DNA of 64,000 nucleotides from Octopus bimaculoides (lineage: Eukaryota): positions 23,520,728 to 23,584,727 of the forward strand of contig NC_068991.1 of the NCBI RefSeq assembly GCF_001194135.2, read 5' to 3'. Shown one piece after another: positions 50,692-64,000 of this stretch. A model generated the notes under the pieces. That model was not told the DNA's origin and did no database searches. It worked only from the letters and a program-made list of their open reading frames with translations. Position 1 is the first letter of the stretch. Every line of letters starts with the position of its first letter. The position numbers were made by a program, and so were the translations under genes.

Positions 50692-51118
50692 CAGAGGTTC
50701 TTACCGTGAGTGGTATCACCCCTAAGGAGGCACTGGCATGTCGAGGTGGTAAGGTGGTCCATGGGTTAACATAATAAACATGTCAAATTTTACCTATTAG
50801 TATTAATATCATACATAATTAAGAGAGTAATGGTTAGTAAAATAAAATGAAATCTCATCAAGTACAAGGAAGTCATAAACTTGCAATGTATAAAATTTTG
50901 TCTTCATTAATTTTTTATCAACTCTTTGTTGAAAGCTTATACAATCCATTTTTAGAGTAAAATTTACAAATTATCATCCATGTTAAGTTAGTTCAGTCAT
51001 GATACCTCATTTGCCACTTAGGTGAGTGCTAGGCATAACAACTACTTAAAAGTGGGGTGTTACGTATAACAGCTATTTACAAGGTGTAGTGCCACAAAAA
51101 AAAAGTTAAGAATCACTG
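50692..51118. mobile_element. Non-autonomous hAT-type MITE, 427 bp
   Basis: Termini CAGAGGTTCTTACC and GTTAAGAATCACTG are imperfect inverted repeats. 8-bp target-site duplication GTATAGAG / GTATACAG. Confidence 0.8.
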
Positions 51119-52084
51119 GTATACAGTAATTAAGAAATATTGGTTTCAAATATTGGCTCAAGGCCAGCAAGTTCAGTAAAGAGCTTAAGTCGATTATATC
51201 GACCCTACTGCTCAACTGGTACTTAATTTACCAACCCTGAAAAGATGGAAGACAAAGTCGACCTCAGTGGAATTTGAACTCAGAACGTAAAGATAGATGA
51301 AATGCTGCTTAGCATTTTGCCTGGCATGCTAACAATTCTGCCAGCTTACCGTCTTAGCAGTAATACTGGCAGTGTGAGTTTCTTCATGTCTGAAAATCGT
51401 GAGCAAGAGGTGCATGACCTCAAGTGGTTATGTAAACTGATCTTTGACACTGGAGGGGTTTTCTTCTTGTCTGCATTTAATAGTTTTAAAATAAGAATCA
51501 GTCTGTTCAATCCAATTCCATTTCTGATCACAGTAGTTCAGTAAGTTAAAACAACTGCAGTGAACAGCAAGCTGTAGGTTTTACATTGGAGTGACCTTCT
51601 CTGTGACAAATTGCCTTAAGAACTCTCCCCACCCATGAGTTGCTGGAAGGGTGTAAAAGAGAGCACCAGACCACTTAAGGGACTTCACTCCCTAATTTGT
51701 TGATGAGGTTGACTTACCAAGCCTTTTCCTTTTCCCAAGGCACTCACAGGGCAGTGAAGATTTGTGCTTGGAGATTTTCCATAGTATGCTAATTAACCCA
51801 TAATCTGGGACCCTGACAAGTGCTACTACTCCAGATCAGAGTAGACCTGAGAACAATAATAGCTAAGAGCTGATTCCACACTCCTCAAGATCCTGGAACT
51901 CCCAAACCAGAGTCCCATAAGTGGAAGCAGTTTCAAGTCATACCTAGAACTAATTGAAATTTTACATCAGTAGTAAAGGTTGTTTTGGCCAAGCCAACTG
52001 GAGGATATAAGGCCTGATCAAGCAGATTTATAATAAAAGATACTCCAGCCTCATTACCTATTTTTGTACTTTTTTTACAGAGAC

Positions 52085-52830
52085 AGTGTATTTAGAACTA
52101 CGAGCTGTACAAGCCATGTACAGGGATACTGTCAATAAGGTGAGGGTTGGCAATGAGTATCATAGGGGTTCATCACGGATCAGTCCTCAGCCCCCTCTTA
52201 TTGATCATAGTCCTCCAGGCAATAATAGAGGAATTCAAGACAGGTTTGTCCTGGGAGCTTCTCTATGTTGATGACCTTGTTCTAATAGCTGAGTCACTAC
52301 CAGAACTAGAAGAGAAGTTTCAGTTGTGGAAGCAAGGTCTAGAATCGAGGAGCCTTAGAGTCAATCTAGCAAAAACCAAAGTCTTAGTAAGTAGGAAGGC
52401 AGACAAATCACAAATCCCTTCAGGTAGATGGCCCTGCTCAATCTGTAGACAAGGTGTAGGTAGAAACTTCATAAGATGTACCCAGTGTAAACTATGAATA
52501 CATAAGAGGTGCAGTAATATCAAAGGAAGGTTAACTGGGAAGATAATTTTTGTGTGTGGCAGATCCACAGGGACAATAAACCCTGAAGATGTACAGAAAA
52601 CAGATTCCATCACATGCCAGGGGAAAAAACTAGAAGCCGTTGATAGCTTTCATTACCTAGGTAACCAAGTCAGTAGCAGGGGATGGATCCTCTGAGAGCA
52701 TAGCTGCTAGAATAAGAATAGCCTGGGCAAAGTTCAGAGAGCTCCTATCTCTGTTGGTAACAAAGGGCCTCTCATTCAGAGTGAAAGATAGACTATATGA
52801 TGTGAACAGCTATGCTACACAGCTGTGAAA
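52085..52830 (+). mobile_element. RTE-clade LINE reverse transcriptase fragment
   Basis: GVHHGSVLSPLL, LLYVDDLVLIA and VNLAKTKV motifs, plus a Cys-rich region. Confidence 0.85.
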
Positions 52831-55800
52831 CATGGCCGATGCCAGTGTCGCATAACCAGCCTGTTTAAAAGTACCCTTCAATTGTCAGGCACTATGCTGT
52901 GCTTGAGAAAACCTGTTCAGTCAAAATAAAATCAGTGTTGTGGCCAATGCCAGTGCTGCCTGACTGGCACCTGTTCCCATGCTGGTGACATGTAAAAAGC
53001 ACCATTCGAGCATGGTCAGTGCCAGTGCCGCCTGACTGGCCTCCATGCGATGGCACATAAAAAGTACCCACTACACTCTTGGAGTGGTTGACGTCAAGAA
53101 GGGCATTCAGCTGTAGAAACCTTGCCAGAATAGATTGGAGCCTGGTGCAGCCTCCTGGCTTGCCAGTCCTCAGTCAAACCGTCCAACCCATGCCAGCATG
53201 AAAAGCGTACATTAAATGATGATGATGATAATTATTATTGTTACTATTAAAACAATAGAACATTCTGTATATAATAATATTTATACAGTATTTATATTCC
53301 AAATCAAAGAGTATGTGACATCAGTATGTAGGGAATCTGTCAAACATTCCTAAAATAAATGTTGTTCCTAGTTACATAAGGTCTTTCAGTTGGGTTTTCA
53401 ATGAAGACAATATTCACAGCTAGAATATGTGGTTTATAAACCACATGATACATTGTCACATGCTGTGTGATGCAAGTATGACTAATAATATGACTGAGAT
53501 TATTTTTATGCTTTTTCTTGGTTAAAGATATTACTTGCTCTCAACAATATTTCTTTCTGTCTTCTGACAATAAAAATTCTACATTCATTCAGAGATGTTT
53601 GAATTGTTTTGTTGTTATTTTTATGTCCACTTTTCAACGCTTGCATGGATTAGACAGAATTCATCAAGAGGCAGATTTTCTGCATCTGAATGCCCCTTCC
53701 TATTGCCAACCCCCACCTGTTTCTAAGTAAGGTGATATTTCCCCAATGGCTGGACATGTTTCACTCAATAACAACTATCACATGATATTAAGACAAGAGG
53801 ACACAAACATTCACATACACACGTGTGTGTGCATACAATATATCATCATCATCGTTTAACATCCGCTTTCCATGCTAGCATGGGTTAGACGATTTGACTG
53901 AGGACTGGCAAACCAGATAGCTGTACCAGGCTCCAATCTGATCTGGCAGAGTTTCTACAGCTGGATACCCTTCCTAACGTCAACCACTCCGAGAGTATAG
54001 TGGATGCTTTTACATGCCACCAGCACAAGGACCAGTCAGGTGGTACTGACAACAGCCACGCTTAAATGGTGTTTTTTTATGTGCCACTTGCACAGGAGTT
54101 AGTCCAGCGGCACTGGCAACGNNNNNNNNNNNNNNNNNNNNNNNNNNNNNNNNNNNNNNNNNNNNNNNNNNNNNNNNNNNNNNNNNNNNNNNNNNNNNNN
54201 NNNNNNNNNNNNNNNNNNNNNNNNNNNNNNNNNNNNNNNNNNNNNNNNNNNNNNNNNNNNNNNNNNNNNNNNNNNNNNNNNNNNNNNNNNNNNNNNNNNN
54301 NNNNNNNNNNNNNNNNNNNNNNNNNNNNNNNNNNNNNNNNNNNNNNNNNNNNNNNNNNNNNNNNNNNNNNNNNNNNNNNNNNNNNNNNNNNNNNNNNNNN
54401 NNNNNNNNNNNNNNNNNNNNNNNNNNNNNNNNNNNNNNNNNTATATATATATATATATGAGTTTGGAGGGATATATTATCTGGGCAAATACAGCTCTCAG
54501 TTGGGTTCCAGATGCCCACTAACCACAACGGTCAGTATCCAATATTGTAAAGTTACATCTGTCTACTCACAAGGCTTTGACTGGTCTGATGCTGTAGTTG
54601 AAGACACTTGCCCAAGATGCCACACCTCGGGACTGAACCCAAAACTATATGGTTGGGAAGTAAACTTCTCAACAACAACATGCTTAAGCCTATTTGGATT
54701 AATTCTTTCTGTTGCTTATAAGGATTATTTTTTTGGTGAAGGAGCTGATGCCTAACATCCTGTCATTGAAGCTTTCTTATTACTCTTTGAATTCTGAGTC
54801 TTCTTTCTGCCTAAATGTTTGACTTGATTCACTCTATATTCTATATATGGCAGTTAATAGAATGTCTGGTAATGTTTATTTAGATTACAGAAAGAAATCA
54901 CATAAGAATAATACAAAGAAATCATGAAGTAGTCCTTAGCTTATGTTAAAGCATGGTTCTAAGAGAAGGCATGACAGTGTACACATTTACATTGGTGGTA
55001 TGAAGGCGCATGACTCAGTGGTTAGATTGTCAGACTCACAATCATGAGCTAGTGAGTTTGATTCCTGGACTGGGCTGTATTGTGTTCTTGAGCAAGACAT
55101 TTTATTTCACATTGCTCCAGTTCACTTGGCTGTAGTAATGAGCTGTGAGGTCACTGGTACCAAGCTGTGTCAACCATTGCTTTCCCATGGACAACATTGG
55201 TGGTATGGAGAGGGGAGGCTGGTATGCATGGGTGACTGCTAGTCTTCCATAAACGACCCTGGCCAGACTTGTACCTCAGAGGGTAACTTTCTAGGAACAG
55301 TCCCATGGTCATTCATGACCAAAGGGAGTCTTTACCCCATGATGGTGGTCAGAGCTTGACAATCTTGAAAGGTAGGCAGACTAGGAGAATGACAGCTCTG
55401 AGTATAAACTTCCGCTATTTGAGAGTGTTTGAGTAGAGGTAAAGGCTAGGGGCAATCATGGGCAAACTCTTTTTCTGAATGGCATGCCAGCAAAAATAAC
55501 CTAGAATTCTTTAGTAGTGTGACTCAATGATGAGCCATGTCTCACATAGCCTCTGGATAAGGGAATCAACTCTGAGAATAAATCAGACCATAAGAGAATC
55601 CAGGGCTTATTGACTCTATCATGAAAAGAGTTTGAAATGCAGCAAATGAATAAAGGTGGCTATTTCTGAAACCCCTGACCATCAGCCATGAGGATGGCAA
55701 TATTCATAATTTGTAGCAGCAAGCTGACAGAAACGTTAGCACACCAGGCAAAATGCTTAGCGGTATTTCATCTGTTTTTACATTTTGAGTTCAAATTACA

Positions 55801-57350
55801 TCAAAGTTGACTTTGCCTTTCATCCTTTCAAGGTCAATAAATTAAGTACTAGTTGCATACTGGAGGCGATCTAATTAACTGGTCCCCTTCCCAAAAATTT
55901 TGGGCCTTGTGCCTAGAGTAGAAAAGAATATTCTTGCTATGTGTATGGCAATATTCATAATTTGGATGGCAATATTCATAATTATAACCATATAAGAAAC
56001 TTTAACTCAGCACTGCAAGTTATTAGAACCCTGCTGATCATCATCATCATCATCATCGTTTAACGTCTGCTTTCCATGCTAGCATGGGTTGGACGATTTG
56101 ACTGAGGACTGGTGAACCAGATGGCTACACCAGGCTCCAATCTGATTTGGCAGAGTTTCTACAGCTGGATGCCCTTCCTAACGCCAACCACTCAGAGAGT
56201 GTAGTGGGTGCTTTTATGTGCCACCGGCATGAAGGCCAGTCAGGCAGTACTGGCAAGGTCCATGCTCAAAATGGTGTATTTTATGTGCCACCTGCACAGG
56301 AGCCAGTCCAGCGGCACTGGCAACGATCTCGCTCGAATGACTTGCTTATAGTAAAGTCTAATTTCTCCTGCATGGGAGACAGCCAGAAAAGAAAGAGACT
56401 GGATACTGTAGGACTTCAAAGTCAGTAAAGACAGATCACTCAAATGATGACTACTTCTCATCGTGAGAAGCTACGCTTGATCATTTCACGACAAACACAC
56501 ATGAATAAATAATCAATCTTTGTTAGTGTTGCTATTGCGGTTACTGTTGGTTTTGTAGTTATTGTGGTTGTCAACCTGACAATTTGAAGTGCAATTAATT
56601 TTATTGCTTCTACTGGCTTTAGCCCTTGGGCAGGAACTGGGACCCTGAAAATTGTCATACTTTATTGTTGTTGTTGTTGTCATTGTCGTTGTCAATGGTG
56701 GTAACAGTAATCACTGGACTGATTGTGGCTGTATAAATAATCTATGATGTTAATCATCCTCCTCCTCCTTGTTTTTGTCGTCCACATCGTCATCGTCATC
56801 ATTGTCAACTTTGTTGCTGTTATTATTGTCATTGTTGTCAAGGTGGTGAGCTAACAGAATCATTACAGAGCCAGACATAATGCTGCTTAGTAGCATTTCC
56901 TCTGGTTCTTTAAATTCAGAGTTCAAATCTAAGGTGGACTTTGCCTTTCATTCTTTCGGAGTTGATGAAATAAGCAGCATTTGAGCACCGAGGGNNNNNN
57001 NNNNTGGGGGGGCTCGATGTAATCGTCGTTCCCTTCCCCTCAAAATGGCTGGCCTTGCACCAAAATTAGAATTACCAACATCATTGTCATCATTGTTGTT
57101 GTCATCTCTGGAATCGGCCATCATCAACATCATTGTCATCGCCATCCATTTCCTCCTCCTCCTCCTCCACCCCGTCATCATCATCTTCATCATCGTCATC
57201 ATCATCATTTTAATCAAGTTGCAATTTTGAAAATACATTGTTACTTCATTGTGGCATAGACATACATATACGTAACATATACACACACAACTGCAACAAG
57301 AATACACACACACATACACAACACACGAGTATGGAGGCAAACATGTACAA

Positions 57351-57395
<45 letters not shown>

Positions 57396-58096
57396 CATGC
57401 ATATATATATTCACGCAGTCCCATTTCACAAAAGAACAAAGAACTCCTAGATAGCCAACATTTATTGCATAGCAAAAACAAATTAAATATTGACCACATA
57501 CTTACAGACATACAACACGCATACACAGACACATGGCCACACATACATGAATACATAAATACATGCACAGACATAAATACACTCACACACACACACACAG
57601 CATAAAATCTAAGTGAACAATGATTGGATTTCTCTGTTAGTATGAAGCCAACATTCTTTTTATAAGTAGAACTATTTTTTCATCATTACCACCATCATCC
57701 CCACTTCCACAACCATCAACACAAACATCACCATATGACCACCACTAGTGCACTAGTTGCACCACTAGTGCAACTATCTCTACCCCAGTCACTGCCACCA
57801 TCACCACTGTTACAACTACTGCAGTAGCAGTGGTGGTAGTGATGATGATGATGAATGTGATGACAATGGTAGTTTTGGTGGTGGTGGTGGTGATGGTGAT
57901 GGTGGTGGTGGTGGTGGTGGTGGTGGTAATAGTTGTTGTTGATGTTCTTGAATTCTCAAATCAGCCCTGATCAAGCAGAAAGATGATCAAATGCAATCCA
58001 GCCATGACTTTCTCAACTTTGTCCATTGTGCAATGCACCCAAACCATGTTATCCAATGTGTTCTGTTTGAAAGTGGTTGGGTGAAATTTGAGGAAC

Positions 58097-58097
<1 letters not shown>

Positions 58098-58130
<33 letters not shown>

Positions 58131-58315
58131 CAATGATGATGATGATGATGACAATGACCACAACGACAATGACTACGACAATGACAACGATGACGCTGAT
58201 GATGACAACGATGATGACAATGATGAGGAGGAGGGGAGGAGAACAAGGAGGAGGAGGAGAACAAGGAGGAGGAGAACAAGGAGGAGGAGGAGAACAAGGA
58301 AGAGGAGGAGGAGAC
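58098..58315. repeat. Compound (GAT)n/(GACAAT)n and GAGGAGGAGAACAAG repeats
   Basis: Direct inspection. Confidence 0.9.
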
Positions 58316-59169
58316 TAGTAGTAGTCATGGGATGTAGGAAGATAAGTAGGAGGAGAAATCAAAGGGGAAGAAGGAGGGTAGCAAAGATGATGTATTGATT
58401 GACAATTTTACTACTAACCAGGATTCATCCATCTTTTCATTCGTTCCTTCATCCATTCATTCGTCTGTCCATCATCCATCCATTCCACCATGATGGAACA
58501 GCTAAACAAAGCAGAAGACATGTATTTATCTCATTGACACACATTTAGTCTATTACCATAAATGGAAATGAACACTAGAAATGATCTTGGCTGATTTGAT
58601 GGATTCTTTCTTTAGCAGAGTGTCATGTAACCCATTGGAGTCATTGAAGCACCACTGATCTCTTCCTCTTTGATTGAGCTTCTTCCCCTTATCTAAGTAG
58701 ACGGTCAGTACTGAAGAGACAGGCCTTCCAAGAAGTGAGTTTGTAGGCCTTCTAAGAGTGAAGTGACTATGGCTGCTGGTATTATGATGTAACCACCCTG
58801 TCACCAGATCAACTTTGATCAAACACAATTCATCATTATCATCATTTAATGTCCGTTTTTCCATGCTGGCATGGGTTTAACTGGAACTGGTAAGCCAGAA
58901 AGCTGCACAAGGTTTCAGTCTGATTTGGCTTGGTTTCTACAGTTGGATGCCCTTCCTAACGCCAACCAAGAGTGCAATGAATGCATTTTACATGCCACTG
59001 GCATGGGTGCCATATGCATGAAACCAACAACGACTATGCTTTCACAGGTGCTATTTATGTGACACTGGCAATGGCCATTTATTTGGAGAGCCTGATTATA
59101 ATATGGGGCATGACTGTTAAAAATTTCTTCATTTGCAGATAAGTTGGAGATTCTGATAGATATGCCTGT

Positions 59170-59400
59170 GATTACACTATTAAGAGTAAGTTTAGGGTGG
59201 TTTGATAGGACATTATGTTGTGAAGATTGGTTGGGTAATATAGATTTGTAGTTAAGATCAGAGTAACATCTAAGAAATTGACCACCTTAGTGTCAATTTT
59301 GAATGAAATACTCAGGTTATAGTTTTTAAAAACTATACTCAGGTTATAGTTTTCAGCAGTTGTAGACATATGACTAAATTCCTGTTGACGAACTGGAAAG
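59170..59400 (-). mobile_element. Penelope-like reverse transcriptase fragment with a 29-bp internal duplication
   Basis: VVNFLDVTL..TTNLYYP motif. Confidence 0.6.
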
Positions 59401-60196
59401 TGCCACCCACTCCGGATTGAACAGCTGTACCACAGACTCTAAGCCACTATCTTTTCAGCCTTATATCTTATGGTCCAAAGAGAAATAACTCTAATTCCCC
59501 CTTTTGCTTCTTTTGTTTCTTTTTTATTTTCTGATTTTTCAACCTTCCACCTTTAATATCTAGTTCTTTCTTGCCTTTTCTCTCATCCTATCATCCTAGT
59601 TTTAGTTCATTATGCCCTGTGAGCAGTGCCTGATGATTGTGCTAGAACACCAGACATGTTAAAAGACACTGTCTGGCATGCTCTCAGCACATGGAACTAA
59701 TAGTAGCACATAGAAATATATATTGTGCTTATTAAATATTATTTATCTCATGCCAGATGGAGTACTTTTTTTTGTTGATCTTGCCATCACAGAATAACAC
59801 ACTATATATTCTCTTATTCTTTTACTTGTTTCAGTCATTTGACTGCGGCCATGCTAGAGCACCATCTTGAAGGATTTTAGTAGAACAAATCAACACCAGG
59901 ACTTATTTTTTTTAAGCCTTGTACTTATTCTATCAGTCTCTTTTGCCAAACCGCTAAGTTATGGGGACATAAACACACCAGCATCAGTTGTCAAGCAGTG
60001 AAGGGGACACAAAGACACACACACACATATATAGGTGCAGGCATGACTGTGTGTTAAGAAGCTTGCATCCCAACCACATGGTTCTAGGTTCAATCCCACA
60101 GCATGGCACCTTGGGCAAGTGTCTTCCACTATAGCCTTGGGCTGACCAAAGCCTTGTGAATGGATTTAGTAGATGGAAACTGAAAGAAGCCCATTG

Positions 60197-60238
<42 letters not shown>

Positions 60239-61313
60239 ATTGTGTGTTTGTGTCTGTGTGTGTGAGTATGTATTTATGTATGTGTGTCTGTTTTGGCAAG
60301 GCATCACTTGACAACCGATGGTGGTGTGTTTATGTCCCCGTAACTTAGTAGTTTGGCAATAGAGACTGATAGAATAAGTACTAGGCTTACAAAGAATAGG
60401 TCCTGGGGTCAATTTCTTTGACTAAAACGTCTGTGAGGCAATGCTTCAATATGACCACAGAAACAAGTAAAAGAAAGTTTCTGTCTATATATACCAAATC
60501 CATTCACAAGGCTTTGGTATATATATATATATATATATATATATTACGGAGATGCACTTGCATAGCAAGTGACCTGATCTGAGATCGTGTGCTGGAACGA
60601 AAACAATTGCAGCATGGAAGGTGTTTATAAGCCATTTAAAATAACACACAAAATCCGTTAGATTCACTTCAACATTTAAATTTAATTTGTCAAAATATTT
60701 TCGTCGCTTTGAGACCGTAACCTGTTCACTGACAACATTCTGTGCTGCATCTGAGAAAGTAATAGTTAGTTCATGATATATATGTACATGTGTATGTATG
60801 TATGTATGTATGTATGTATGTATGTATGTGCGTGTACATGTGTGCGCGTATGCATCTGTGTACATAGGCATGCACACATGCNNNNNNNNNNNNNNNNNNN
60901 NNNNNNNNNNNNNNNNNNNNNNNNNNNNNNNNNNNNNNNNNNNNNNNNNNNNNNNNNNNNNNNNNNNNNNNNNNNNNNNNNNNNNNNNNNNNNNNNNNNN
61001 NNNNNNNNNNNNNNNNNNNNNNNNNNNNNNNNNNNNNNNNNNNNNNNNNNNNNNNNNNNNNNNNNNNNNNNNNNNNNNNNNNNNNNNNNNNNNNNNNNNN
61101 NNNNNNNNNNNNNNNNNNNNNNNNNNNNNNNNNNNNNNNNNNNNNNNNNNNNNNNNNNNNNNNNNNNNNNNNNNNNNNNNNNNNNNNNNNNNNNNNNNNN
61201 NNNNNNNNNNNNNNNNNNNNNNNNNNNNNNNNNNNNNNNNNNNNNNNNNNNNNNNNNNNNNNNNNNNNNNNNNNNNNNNNNNNNNNNNNNNNNTATATAT
61301 ATATGCATATACA

Positions 61314-61346
<33 letters not shown>

Positions 61347-62199
61347 ATGCACACACACACACACACACACTACTTAAAGATTTACTTGTATAGATATGTG
61401 CATGCAAGTGCATGTATGTGTATGTGTGTGTGTGCATGCAAATGTGCATGTACACATGCAATTCCTTTGCTATAACCCAGCAAAGGAAAACTGGATGTCA
61501 AAGAAAGGAGCAGGATCAAGCTTAATAATATTAACCAACACCAATTATAATAATACTTTCTTTATTAGCCACATGGGCCCATAAATACAATACAAAATTT
61601 TTCATAAAAAAGTTTTTAAAAAAAGCCTGTGGCAATGTACATACATCTATTATATGCAAAGGTTGCAAAAGTGCAGAACAGATTATTGAAACAGGTTAAA
61701 AATTTGTTGACAGAAAGAAACCAGGGCAACTTACCTATACAGGGGTGAGAAACCATAACCTAAGTAGGATGGGGGCACTCAAATAATTCTGACCAATTTC
61801 TTCCAATTGAGTGTTCCAAAAGTGCCCATGAGTATTTTTGGCTTTAGCTGAACTGTGAAGGATACCACATCCTCTTGGCTGTGATCTCTTAGCTGTCTAA
61901 AACCCACTGACATAGTCATCGACAACCTCTGATCCTTTGGGGTAGTGGTCCCCTGTTACAGATCCTCTCCAATCTCATCTTTTAGCACCAAAGTAGTCTA
62001 TGGTTACCCCTTCAGATTATTATAACCATAGAGTTCAGGTATTCTGAGGAGGTGTGCGGAAAATCCTCTTTGAGAAGGATTTCCCACCATTTACTTGCTT
62101 TTCATTTAGGTTTGTTTTCTCTCTTTTTTTTTGTTTCCTACAGATTCCTATCTTTTTCAGTCTCTACCACTTCTCCACTACCACAAAACAATGAGGTTA

Positions 62200-62390
62200 A
62201 ACTCTTGCTTAGAGCTTCTGGCCAGTCCTGTACTGAAGAATGAAACTATCAGTTACTTGGTAGCATGCTTCATTGTCAGCCCTTGGTGTTGTTGGAACTT
62301 CAGACATGATGAATATTTTGTCCACTTTGGCTGTCTTTATTTACTGTCTTGATAGAATCTGTGGACCAAAGGAGGTGGAAGTAGCCATGG
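62200..62390 (-). mobile_element. Possible LINE apurinic-endonuclease remnant
   Basis: IKTAKVDKIFIMSEVPT...DNEACY resembles the RTE APE region; highly decayed. Confidence 0.4.
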
Positions 62391-64000
62391 TATTCACTAT
62401 GGAACCTCTTTTTTATTATTGTTGTTGCAATCTCTGCCACTGTTTATCACTACCCTCCTCTCTTTGCTTTTTCTATCTCTGAACAGAAAAGCCTCAAGTG
62501 GCTCTTATCACCAACACATGCAACAAACAGGCCCTCTGTCTGTATCAAAAGTTTGACTGACTTACTCTCCCCTCGCATACTGGAGTACTGCTCATGGATA
62601 GCTTTGTGATCATCATGGACCATCCAGACCTGGATGTCTCTGAAGAACGTACCCACCATCCACTTCATTATCATATAACTACTCACTTAGCACCTGCTAA
62701 TACTAAATAATGTTTTCTTATATTTTCCACAAAGAAGAAGAAGGTTATATATGCTAGGTACTTTATTTTATCTATCCCAGAACAATAAAAAGCAAAGGTG
62801 ATCTTGAGGTTTGAATTCTGAATGTATTTCATCCATCCTATTGCTTTTGCTGCCATTCATAGCATTACTAATTCTTTCTAATATAGGCACAAGGCCAGAA
62901 GTTTGGGGAGAGGGGGCTACTGAATTACATCAACCACAGTACTTGACTGATAGTTTATTTTATTGATCCTGAAAGAATAAAAAGCAGCCTTGACCCCAGC
63001 AAAATTTGGACTCAGAACGTAAAAAACCAGAAGAAATGATGCTGAGCATTTTGTTTAATGTGTTAATAATTCTGCCAGTTCACTACCAGTTTTAAATAAT
63101 GGTTAAAAATTTAGGCACAGAGACAGCAGTTTTGAGGGAAGGGGGGTTACTTGATTACATTGACCCCCACCCCCCACCCCCAATATTTCACAAGAACTCT
63201 ATTTTATCAGCCTCAGAGAGATAAAAGGCAAAGCTACCTTTAGTGGTATTTGAACTCAGAATGCATAGAGCCAAAACAAATACTAGAAAGCATTTTGTCT
63301 GATATTCTAATGATTCTGCTAATCTACCACTACTATATTAATAATTATTATGATTTCTTTATATTATCATAATTATAATTTCTAACATAGATACAAGGTT
63401 AGAAATTTTGAGAAGAGAGAACAGTAGATTACATTAACACCAGTATACCACTGGTATTTTATATTATATTAACTCCAAAAGGATGAAAGGCAAAGAGGAC
63501 AACAGTGAGATTTGAATTTAGAACTTATAAACCAAGAAAAAAATACTAGTTCGTCTAGTGCATTAATAATGTTTTCTTACATTTGCACAAGGAAGGCCAC
63601 ACAATTTGTAATGAGAGGTACAGTGAATTTTAACAAACCCCAGAACTTGATTGTTATTTTATTTTATTGGTTCTGGAAGGATGAAAGGCAAAGTTGATCT
63701 AAGTGAGATTTGAACTCAGAACACTAAATACCAAAAGGTATTTTGCACGACACTCTACTAATTCCGCAACTTGCAACATTAATAAAGAGATGAAGCATAC
63801 AAACATAATACTATACCCCAAAAGACAATGTTGCACACATCTCAGGAATGTAGAGGTGCTATAGCAAAAGCTCACATAAAAATCATGGAAACATGGCAAT
63901 AATAATAATAATAATAATAATAATTAATAATTCTTTCTGATATAGGCACAAGGCCTGAAATTTTGGGGGAGGGTGTTAGTCAATAACACTGATCACAGTA

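Noticed and set aside
44520-64000. A second protein-coding gene in the right third of the window
   Set aside because: All recognisable coding fragments are from transposons. I could not build a phase-consistent exon chain, though small exons could have been missed.

Overview
Animal genomic DNA: AT-rich, dense in microsatellites and SINEs, with many N gaps. The tRNA-derived SINE families and repeat landscape suggest an octopus/cephalopod (inference). One protein-coding gene could be built by hand, on the minus strand: 12 coding exons from 30286 down to 2279. All introns are GT-AG and phase-consistent, and the CDS is 3081 nt (1026 aa). The product has an N-terminal non-canonical Macro (ADP-ribose-binding-like) domain, three tandem TIR domains that each keep the NADase-type glutamate, an acidic low-complexity tail with a 21-aa repeat, and a C-terminal CaaX motif (CIIL). 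Most of these exons are missing or only partly visible in the ORF track. The rest of the window is intron or intergenic DNA filled with decayed mobile elements: Tc1/mariner, a hAT MITE, a Helitron fragment, Penelope, RTE, CR1/L2, RLE-type LINEs and several SINE families. I found no supportable coding exon beyond about 30.3 kb, and no rRNA, true tRNA or CRISPR features.
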